Of a stretch of DNA of 24,000 bases, positions 1 through 6,651 are shown one piece after another (the first letter of the stretch is position 1; each line of letters starts with the position of its first letter). A program made the translations under genes and the position numbers. Source of the stretch: Planctomycetota bacterium (GTDB taxonomy: Bacteria > Planctomycetota > Phycisphaerae > Phycisphaerales > SM1A02). The notes under the pieces were generated by a model. The model did not search any database and was not told the origin of the DNA. It worked only from the letters and a program-made list of their open reading frames with translations. The DNA lies in the NCBI GenBank assembly GCA_003671055.1, contig QWPV01000045.1, positions 1 to 24,000 of the forward strand. The letters are read 5' to 3'.

Positions 1-1
1 G

Positions 2-118
2 ATGTACATCGCCCTCAGCTACGACCACCGCATCATCGACGGCGCCGAAAGCGTCGGCTTCCTCAAACACATCAAAGACTGCATCGAACACCCCGAGCGC
101 TTGCTCCTCGGCTTGTGA
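2..118 (+). CDS. 2-oxoacid dehydrogenase complex E2 component (dihydrolipoamide acyl/succinyl-transferase), 3' terminal fragment; the gene starts left of the window
   Basis: Translation from nt 2 is [38 protein letters not shown], with stop TGA at 116-118. It carries the DHRxxDG catalytic-His motif and the conserved C-terminal tail of the E2 acyltransferase family. It is not in the ORF track because the window edge cuts it. 38 residues cannot distinguish sucB from pdhC or bkdB. Confidence 0.8.
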   Translation: MYIALSYDHRIIDGAESVGFLKHIKDCIEHPERLLLGL

Positions 119-142
119 GTGTGGGCACGCGCGCAGGCGTGA

Positions 143-2125
143 TCAACGACTCGTCGTCACTGCCGCAATCTTTGTTTTCGGCTCGTACGGGAGGTCACTG
201 CCGTGCGGGACGCCGATGTATTCGAGGGCGCCGTTCATGATCTTTGCGGCGCAGGGGCCTGCGAGTGCGCCGCCGCCGACGCCGTCGCCGAGTTTCTTTT
301 TGTCGGGGTCTTCGATCGTGACGAGGATTACTATTTTGGGTTGCTCGTAGGGAGCGCCCATGATGAAGCTCGACATGTATCTGTCGGCGTAGTAGCCGCC
401 CTTGGGGGCTGCGAGTTGTGCGGTGCCTGATTTGCCGAAGGCTCGGTAGTGCAAGATTGGTTTGAGTCGCTTGCCTGTGCCTTCGGTGATGACCTTCTCC
501 ATTGCTTCGCGTGTTGCCATCACGACTGGTTCGTTGAGCACTGGAATTGCTGGCGCGTTTGCGCGTGCGCCGACGAGCATGCGAAGTGGAACCATCGTGC
601 CGTCGCGACAGAATGCACTGAATGCGTGGACGAGTTGTAGTGCGGAGACGCTGACGCCTTGCCCGAACGCGACGGATGTTTGCGCGCGCGTGCGATTGGA
701 CCATTCATCGCGTGGCGGAAGTTGACCTGCAGTCTCGCCGGGGATGCCGATGTTCGTCTTGAGGCCGAAACCGAATCCCGTGAGCATATCCTTCATCTCT
801 TGCGTGGACATGCGCAACGCGACCGTTGCCATGCCAGCGTTCACGCTCTTCACGAGCACGTTTTCCCATGTTTTCGTGCCGTAACTGGAACGATGTGCTT
901 CGCGGATTGTGCGCTTGGCGCGTCCGTCGGTGAGTGTCATCGGACCATCTGGCAATCGAATCGTTTCGTTGGGCTTTGCGAAACCGCCCTGCACTGCCCA
1001 CGCCCACACGAATGGCTTGAAGATCGAGCCTGGTTCAAATGGATCCGTCACCCATCGCATGCGTGCGAGTGATGGATCGATCTTCGCGCCTGGATCTTCG
1101 GTGATCGCGGTGCGACCCGTGTTGCTCTTGATGGTGTCACACGCTGCGAGAATTTCGCCGGTGTCGACATCGAGCACGATGCATCGACCGCCGGATGCAT
1201 TCGCGGCTTCCACTGTTGCTTTGAGTTCGCGCTCGGCGATTTCTTGAATCACCATGTCAATCGAGAGCACAACATCTTCGCCCTCGGCACCAACTTGCAA
1301 TCCATGCTCTGGAATCGTGATGACTTGACCGCGGTTGTCGCAGAGATATGTGACGCGACCACCAGTAGGCGAGAGCGCTTCTTCAGCGCGAAATTCGTAG
1401 CCTGACAAACCCTTGTGATCCGCCCCCACTTTGCCGATGATCGGCGCCGCGAGTCCACCGTATGGATACGCGCGAACTGGCTGAGGTGAAAGCACCGCCC
1501 CTGCGACCTTGGCGGTGCGAAGTGCATCCACTTGCGCGTCGTTGAGACCTTTACCGAGCACGATGTAGCGCGGGAACTTCGCCCACTCTTCAGTCGTGAG
1601 TGATGGCTTCAGCACATGCAACTCTGGATCCGTGCGCTTCGTAATCTCAGTCAAGACATCGGCTGGATTCGCACCGATTGCTGCTGCAACGCGCGCGGCG
1701 ATGTCGCCGAAAGGATCAAGTGACGGCGGCTCCTTGCCCTTCTCGAGCAGCGCGCTCTTCTTCGATTCACTCGCGCGCTCCCATTTTTCAAGCGCTTCTT
1801 GTGCTTCACGATAGACAACTTTCGGATCGCAGTAGACGAACCAACCAGTGGTGTCCATCGCAACCACTTGTCCACGTCGGTCGTAGATCGTGCCGCGTGG
1901 GAATGGCTCCGCGAGCGTGCGTTCGTGCACACTCTGACCGTTCTTTCGCGTCATCGATGCTTCAAGTGCGTCTGACGGGTTCGTCTTCAACCACATCACG
2001 CGACCTGCAGTCAAGATCAATGCGCCCGCGATCGACACCGTTGCAAAGCGCGACCAGTATTGAATGGCGACCGCGCGCGGAGTGCTTTCGTTGGGAAGTC
2101 CAATCGTGCGATGCAACATATTCAT
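143..2125 (-). CDS. ftsI: Peptidoglycan D,D-transpeptidase FtsI / class B penicillin-binding protein
   Basis: 660-aa ORF with an N-terminal TM segment (FATVSIAGALILTAG). Transpeptidase motifs are present: SxxK (SIFK), SxN (SVN) and K[ST]G (KSG). The ATG at 2123-2125 overlaps the stop of the upstream ftsL-like gene (ATGA). It follows rsmH and the ftsL-like gene, as in dcw clusters. Confidence 0.9.
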   Translation of the reverse strand: MNMLHRTIGLPNESTPRAVAIQYWSRFATVSIAGALILTAGRVMWLKTNPSDALEASMTRKNGQSVHERTLAEPFPRGTIYDRRGQVVAMDTTGWFVYCDPKVVYREAQEALEKWERASESKKSALLEKGKEPPSLDPFGDIAARVAAAIGANPADVLTEITKRTDPELHVLKPSLTTEEWAKFPRYIVLGKGLNDAQVDALRTAKVAGAVLSPQPVRAYPYGGLAAPIIGKVGADHKGLSGYEFRAEEALSPTGGRVTYLCDNRGQVITIPEHGLQVGAEGEDVVLSIDMVIQEIAERELKATVEAANASGGRCIVLDVDTGEILAACDTIKSNTGRTAITEDPGAKIDPSLARMRWVTDPFEPGSIFKPFVWAWAVQGGFAKPNETIRLPDGPMTLTDGRAKRTIREAHRSSYGTKTWENVLVKSVNAGMATVALRMSTQEMKDMLTGFGFGLKTNIGIPGETAGQLPPRDEWSNRTRAQTSVAFGQGVSVSALQLVHAFSAFCRDGTMVPLRMLVGARANAPAIPVLNEPVVMATREAMEKVITEGTGKRLKPILHYRAFGKSGTAQLAAPKGGYYADRYMSSFIMGAPYEQPKIVILVTIEDPDKKKLGDGVGGGALAGPCAAKIMNGALEYIGVPHGSDLPYEPKTKIAAVTTSR

Positions 2126-2445
2126 CCGCCCAATTTCCCTTCGTTGTCTTCGTCAGCCGCAACTGTTTCGTCCTGCACAAGGCGCGTTGCCTTCGCGGGG
2201 TCGTAGCGATAGAGAATGGGTTCCCAACTAGTCGGCGTGTTCGCGAGAAGCGTGCGCACTTCGTCTGGTCGCACTGCACGAGCGATCTCGGCGCGCAACC
2301 GACTTGCTGCGCGCTCATGTCGATGGAGCTTGAAGTGCATGCGACTGATTTGCGCAGCAGCGTCGACGCGTTGCTGTCGGTTCACGAGCAGCGCGCCAAA
2401 CGTTGCGCCCAGCGCGAGGATGATGAGGACGAGCTTCGCGAACAT
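2122..2445 (-). CDS. Small bitopic membrane protein, FtsL-like cell division protein (assigned by position and topology)
   Basis: The ORF-track start at 2454 is TTG. The ATG at 2445 gives MFAKLVLIILALGATFGALLV: a short tail, one TM, then an Arg/Ala-rich helical segment (about 107 aa). Its stop overlaps the ftsI start by 4 nt. Size, topology and location fit FtsL, but family membership cannot be proven by eye. Confidence 0.5.
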   Translation of the reverse strand: MFAKLVLIILALGATFGALLVNRQQRVDAAAQISRMHFKLHRHERAASRLRAEIARAVRPDEVRTLLANTPTSWEPILYRYDPAKATRLVQDETVAADEDNEGKLGG

Positions 2446-2483
2446 GTGCAGCAACCTCTGATGAAGTCGACGTGACGATGCGT

Positions 2484-3230
2484 TCAGTTGTTCGGAATAC
2501 GCAGTGATGCACCGACGCGCAACGAATTGGGATTGCCGATGGGATCACCATTGGCCTGCGTGATCTCGTTCCAACGCGGACCCGAACCGAGTTCGCGCGC
2601 AGCGAGTTCATAGAGCGTCTGTCCCTTTGCGAGGGTCACCGTGCGGAACTGCGCGACTGCTCCTGCGTCCTGCATCACCTGTGGATCCACAGGGAATGCG
2701 TACGAACCAGCCTGATCCATTGGCTGCACCGCGATGACTGCCTTCGATGGATCGATGACTTCGATCGGCGGAATCTTGATTTGTTGTCCGATCTTCAGCG
2801 CGCTCGATTTCACGCCGTTGAGTGCTTCCAACTGCGCTGCGTACCGCGTCGTGTTGTAGTACTTCTTCGACACTACGCCGAGCGACTCGCCCTTTGCGAT
2901 GACGTGGACGCGCTCTTGCGGTTCTTGAATGTTGAACTGTTGTGGTGGCTGCACGACAACTGCGTCTTGGGGACCAACGAGTGGCGGTTGGACGCGAACG
3001 ATGCGCGTGTCTTCGAACTCTGGGTTGGTTGGTGGAAGCGGTTGATTGGCTTGACCGAACTCGCGCGGCACTTCAAGTTCACGAGGCAAACTCACTTGTT
3101 CCTTCGTGCGCAGTGCGATCGGCACGACCGCAGGACCCGTCCGTGCGGACAAATGATCCGACACCAAAATGCCAACGAAGAGGAGGAGTCCGAAACCGAT
3201 GATGAGTGCCAGCTTGTTCTCGCGTGTCAT
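2484..3230 (-). CDS. Bitopic membrane protein with a Pro/Gln-rich linker and two C-terminal LysM peptidoglycan-binding domains
   Basis: The ORF-track ORF 2484-3512 overlaps rsmH by about 210 nt. The ATG at 3228-3230 gives MTRENKLALIIGFGLLLFVGILVSDHL (TM) and leaves a 71-nt gap after rsmH. LysM-like blocks are HVIAKGESLGVVSKKYYNTTRYAAQLEALNGVKSSALKIGQQIKIP and VTLAKGQTLYELAARELGSGPRWNEITQANGDPIGNPNSLRVGASLRIP. An alternative ATG lies at 3281. Confidence 0.8.
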   Translation of the reverse strand: MTRENKLALIIGFGLLLFVGILVSDHLSARTGPAVVPIALRTKEQVSLPRELEVPREFGQANQPLPPTNPEFEDTRIVRVQPPLVGPQDAVVVQPPQQFNIQEPQERVHVIAKGESLGVVSKKYYNTTRYAAQLEALNGVKSSALKIGQQIKIPPIEVIDPSKAVIAVQPMDQAGSYAFPVDPQVMQDAGAVAQFRTVTLAKGQTLYELAARELGSGPRWNEITQANGDPIGNPNSLRVGASLRIPNN

Positions 3231-3243
3231 GCCGTGCGTCCTT

Positions 3244-3276
3244 GCAGTGGAACTGTGCAGTGCTCTTCGCGCAGTG
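3244..3276 (-). repeat. Three direct copies of the hexamer CACTGC (minus-strand sense) in the rsmH-LysM intergenic spacer; possible operator or processing signal
   Basis: Plus-strand GCAGTG occurs at 3244-3249, 3257-3262 and 3271-3276 (spacing 13 and 14 nt), inside a 71-nt spacer. The nearest copy ends 14 nt upstream of the LysM gene ATG. Confidence 0.4.
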
Positions 3277-3301
3277 AGCATTCGCTGCGCGACTCGCACT
3301 C

Positions 3302-4249
3302 TTATTCCGGACGACCGACCGTGGCTGTCCGGAGTTTTGCTGAACGAGCGCGCGGGTTCTCCGCGAGCTCTGCTTCCGATGCGACCATCGGTTGCTTTCT
3401 CCCGACGCGAAGAATGCTCCGCTGCGAGAGTTCGACAAACAGGCGTTTCACCATTCGGTCTTCGAGGCTGTGAAACCCAATCACTGCGACGCGCGCTCCG
3501 AGGTTCATCCAAGTCGGCGAACTTTCATGCGCGCGTATCGCAGCGAAAGCGAGTTGCTCGAGAAACGCGCGAAGCGCTCCGAGTTCGTCGTTCACTGCAA
3601 TGCGCAGTGCCATGAAGGTGCGCGTTGCTGGATGCATCCGTGAAGTTCGCGCCCTTGAGCCATATGCCTCACGAACGAGATCTGCCAGTTGCGACGTCGA
3701 TTTGATCGGCGTTTGTGCGCGAATTTCGACAATCTTCGAAGCGATGCGACGCGAGTACGGCTCCTCGCCGAACTGAAAAATAATGTCTGCCAATTCACGC
3801 TCGCTGAGCCGTTCGAGAAACTGCGCCGCGGTCTGCCCCACCGTGCGGTCGAGACGCATGTCGAGTGGCGCGTCATGGGTGAAACTCATCCCACGCTCGG
3901 GGTCATCCATCTGATTGGACGCGAACCCAAGGTCGGCGAGAATCATGTCGGCACGAAGACCACGAGCGTCAAGTTCTCGACCCACTGCACTGAAACTTCC
4001 ATGCACCGCGATCGGCGTGATGCCGGACTCTGCTTCGACCCGAGCTGCGGAGAATGCGAGGTTCACACGATCGATGTCAAACAGCACAACGCGACCATCA
4101 GGCGCAAGTTGCTTTGCAATGGCAGCTGCGTGACCGCCTCGACCTGCAGTGCAATCGACAAACGTCGCTCCGGAAATAGGCTGAAGTGACTCAAGCACTT
4201 CCCGAAGCAAAACGGGCATGTGTCCCGAAAAATCTGCTGGCGGAATCAC
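3302..4249 (-). CDS. rsmH: 16S rRNA (cytosine1402-N4)-methyltransferase RsmH (MraW)
   Basis: Family motifs are present: HMPVLL, DCTAGRGGHA (SAM pocket), DLGFASNQMDDPERGMSF and FHSLEDRMVK. The start at 4249 is GTG and overlaps the upstream gene's TGA (GTGA). An ATG at 4219 is possible but would remove the conserved His before PVLL. Confidence 0.93.
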   Translation of the reverse strand: MIPPADFSGHMPVLLREVLESLQPISGATFVDCTAGRGGHAAAIAKQLAPDGRVVLFDIDRVNLAFSAARVEAESGITPIAVHGSFSAVGRELDARGLRADMILADLGFASNQMDDPERGMSFTHDAPLDMRLDRTVGQTAAQFLERLSERELADIIFQFGEEPYSRRIASKIVEIRAQTPIKSTSQLADLVREAYGSRARTSRMHPATRTFMALRIAVNDELGALRAFLEQLAFAAIRAHESSPTWMNLGARVAVIGFHSLEDRMVKRLFVELSQRSILRVGRKQPMVASEAELAENPRARSAKLRTATVGRPE

Positions 4250-5580
4250 GAGGCTTGCTCAGGCGCGACGGCGTTGTCGTGCGTGTGTTGAACTGACTCG
4301 TCGCGTTGTTCAGCTGCTGCGAGCTCGGAAGCCCAGCGACTTCGCAGCGCAATCTTCAGTGCCATCGCGCCGAAACCACCGAAGACGACGATCACGACGG
4401 CGTATACGACACGCAGACGCACAACCTGGTCAATTGCCAGCAGGCCGAGCATGACGCCGAGGATCGCGAAGATCAGTGCGATGGCGTAGAGCGCAAGCAC
4501 CGCAGACTTCACGCGTCCATCAAACGCGCGCTTCAACAGATGGTGAATGTGATTGGCGTCTGGCGCAGACATCGGCAGCCCTGCGAGTTTTCGTCGCACG
4601 ATCGCAAGCGCGGTGTCCATGATGGGCAGCGCGAAAATGATCAAGCCCGCGAGCACGAGGTGCGTGTCACCATCTTCGCCGAGCATCAGGATGATGACGA
4701 CGAAGAGATATCCAATGAGCAAACTTCCACAGTCGCCGAGGAAGATGATTGCGGGATTGAAGTTCCATGGAAGGAACCCGAGCATTCCGCCAAGCAACGC
4801 GAGACAGAGCACGATGCGAACGCCTGCGAGTGATTCGAAGGGATCTCCTGTAATGCCTTGCGCTGCCATCATCATGCACAGCACAAGAAGTCCCGTTGCC
4901 ATGATCGCGCTCGTTCCAGTCAGGAGTCCATCAAGGCCGTCGATGAGATTCGCAGCATTGCATCCACCGAGCACGAACATCGCGATGAGCGCGGTGCCGG
5001 TCCAGTAGTAGATATCACCGCTTGCGATGGCGACACCCGCGACATTGACGAGCAAAGTCTCTGGATCACCGAATATTGGAACGAGCACACCTTCTGCTAC
5101 GCGTGTTCCGATGTCTTCAATCGCGAGTGCTGCAGCAGCCACAAGCTGACCCGCGATCTTCAGACGCGCATCCCACTTCCAAATGTCATCTGCAAGTCCG
5201 GTGAAGGTGATCGCAAGGATGCCGACCAACACGGAGACTGGCACCGGTGCAAGTTGTCCTGCAGGTCCGTCGACGATCATGTAGCTCGCGCCGAGCGCGA
5301 GGATGATGCCGAGGAATACTGCGAAGCCACCGAGATAGGCAATAGGAAACTTGTGTTCCTTTCTGCCCGCGTCGGGATGATCGATGATGTCAAGCGCAAT
5401 CGCACTCTTGCGGACGAGTGGTGTTGCGATAAGTGTCACGACAAACGCCATGATGAACACGAGCGCGTAGCTGTTGAGCAGCTCAAGCGAGGCTTGCGCG
5501 CCCGCGACGAATGACCCAACAAGCGGCGCATTCTCGAGCGATAGCGGAACGATCGTCGGTGCTGCTGGAATCAACTGCAT
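4246..5580 (-). CDS. Polyprenyl-phosphate sugar-1-phosphate transferase, MraY/WecA superfamily (WecA/WbpL-like initiating enzyme)
   Basis: 444-aa polytopic membrane protein. Motifs are GLADDIWKWDARLKIAGQL, NAANLIDGLDGL, FLGDCGSLLIGY and NHIHHLL. It lacks the MraY-type TPTMGG motif, so it is WecA-like rather than MraY. The ATG at 5578-5580 overlaps the epimerase stop by 10 nt. Confidence 0.85.
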   Translation of the reverse strand: MQLIPAAPTIVPLSLENAPLVGSFVAGAQASLELLNSYALVFIMAFVVTLIATPLVRKSAIALDIIDHPDAGRKEHKFPIAYLGGFAVFLGIILALGASYMIVDGPAGQLAPVPVSVLVGILAITFTGLADDIWKWDARLKIAGQLVAAAALAIEDIGTRVAEGVLVPIFGDPETLLVNVAGVAIASGDIYYWTGTALIAMFVLGGCNAANLIDGLDGLLTGTSAIMATGLLVLCMMMAAQGITGDPFESLAGVRIVLCLALLGGMLGFLPWNFNPAIIFLGDCGSLLIGYLFVVIILMLGEDGDTHLVLAGLIIFALPIMDTALAIVRRKLAGLPMSAPDANHIHHLLKRAFDGRVKSAVLALYAIALIFAILGVMLGLLAIDQVVRLRVVYAVVIVVFGGFGAMALKIALRSRWASELAAAEQRDESVQHTHDNAVAPEQAS

Positions 5581-6605
5581 GACGCACCTCGAGCAGCGGT
5601 GTCGGACGCTGGCGTGTCGGCGGCGAGTGCTTTCGCGAGATCGCGAATCGTCGCATCAAGCGAGATTTGAGGCGCAAAGCCGATCGCGGCGCGGACGCGT
5701 GTGAGATCAGGTTGACGCACGAGTAAGTCGTCGAAGCCATGCGCGAAGGCTTGCGCGTAGGGCACTAACCGAATGCCTGAACGCGATTGGAGCACGGTGA
5801 TCACGCGCTGGGCGAGTTCGAGAATGGAGATCTGTGTGTCGTTGCCGATGTTGAACACGCGTCCGGCGCACTCTGGTCGTGCGAGCAACTTTGGAAGCGC
5901 AATCACAACATCACGTGCATCGCAGAAGCATCGTGACTGCGTTCCATCGCCATGCACTTCGAGATCACGACCTTCAAGCGCCGCTTCCACGAATCGCGGT
6001 AGCACCATGCCGTACTCGCCGATCTGTCGTGGCCCGACCGTGTTGAAGAATCGCACGATGTACGCCGGCAACGCATGTTCGCGGTGATACGCAAGTGCGA
6101 GGTATTCGTCGATCGCTTTCGACGCTGCGTACGACCAACGCGTGAGCGTCGTTGGTCCGTAGATGACATCATCATCTTCGCGCATCGGGGTGCGAAGACC
6201 TTTTCCGTACACCTCGCTTGTGGACGCCATCAGGGTTCGACAGCCGCCGCGTGCAGCGAATCGCAGCAACGCGCTCGCCTGTTCGACGTTCGTCTCAATG
6301 GTGTGAATCGGTCGCTCGACAACGAGCCGAACCCCCACTGCAGCGGCAAGGTGATAGATCACATCGAAGTCGCGTGGATCAAGTGATGGCAGTTGCTGCG
6401 CAACATCGCCCTCGATCAATCGAAACCGCATGCACCATTCCTCATGCGCGAAGATCGCAGCGAGATTCGAGCGTCGACCCGTCGAAAAATTATCGATGAC
6501 GGTGACTTCAGCGCCAGACGCAAGCACGTGTTCAGCAAGGTGTGAGCCAATGAACCCACCGCCGCCCGTGATCAAGACTCGCTCTCGGCGGTGTGGTTGG
6601 GTCAT
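5571..6605 (-). CDS. NAD-dependent nucleotide-sugar epimerase/dehydratase (extended SDR; UDP-glucuronate decarboxylase / UDP-hexose 4-epimerase-like)
   Basis: Rossmann motif VLITGGGGFIGSH, then VIDNFSTGRRSNL, catalytic STSEVYG and YAASK (YxxxK). The substrate cannot be assigned by eye. Confidence 0.9.
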   Translation of the reverse strand: MTQPHRRERVLITGGGGFIGSHLAEHVLASGAEVTVIDNFSTGRRSNLAAIFAHEEWCMRFRLIEGDVAQQLPSLDPRDFDVIYHLAAAVGVRLVVERPIHTIETNVEQASALLRFAARGGCRTLMASTSEVYGKGLRTPMREDDDVIYGPTTLTRWSYAASKAIDEYLALAYHREHALPAYIVRFFNTVGPRQIGEYGMVLPRFVEAALEGRDLEVHGDGTQSRCFCDARDVVIALPKLLARPECAGRVFNIGNDTQISILELAQRVITVLQSRSGIRLVPYAQAFAHGFDDLLVRQPDLTRVRAAIGFAPQISLDATIRDLAKALAADTPASDTAARGASCS

Positions 6606-6651
6606 CTGCGGTTCTCACTGGGCTCTCTCGGTCGCGCGGCAACGATCGATC

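Noticed and set aside
1678-2475. 265-aa plus-strand ORF spanning the ftsI 5' end and the ftsL-like gene
   Set aside because: It lies antisense to ftsI and the ftsL-like gene. It is Ser/Arg-rich without domains, so it is a shadow ORF. The same reasoning applies to the other short ORFs nested in 143-2125, 8910-13727 (for example 12966-13736) and 4246-5580.
3231-3512. N-terminal extension of the LysM ORF (ORF-track start at 3512)
   Set aside because: It would overlap the rsmH 3' end by ~210 nt and encodes Arg/Ser-rich sequence before the TM. The ATG at 3230, immediately preceding the TM helix, is far more plausible.
4246-5580. Calling the MraY-superfamily gene next to rsmH mraY
   Set aside because: It lacks the MraY-specific TPTMGG-type motif and is longer than typical MraY (444 aa). 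It carries WecA-type DDxxK, NxxNxxDGxDGL and HxHH motifs. It is also paired with a sugar epimerase and EPS genes.
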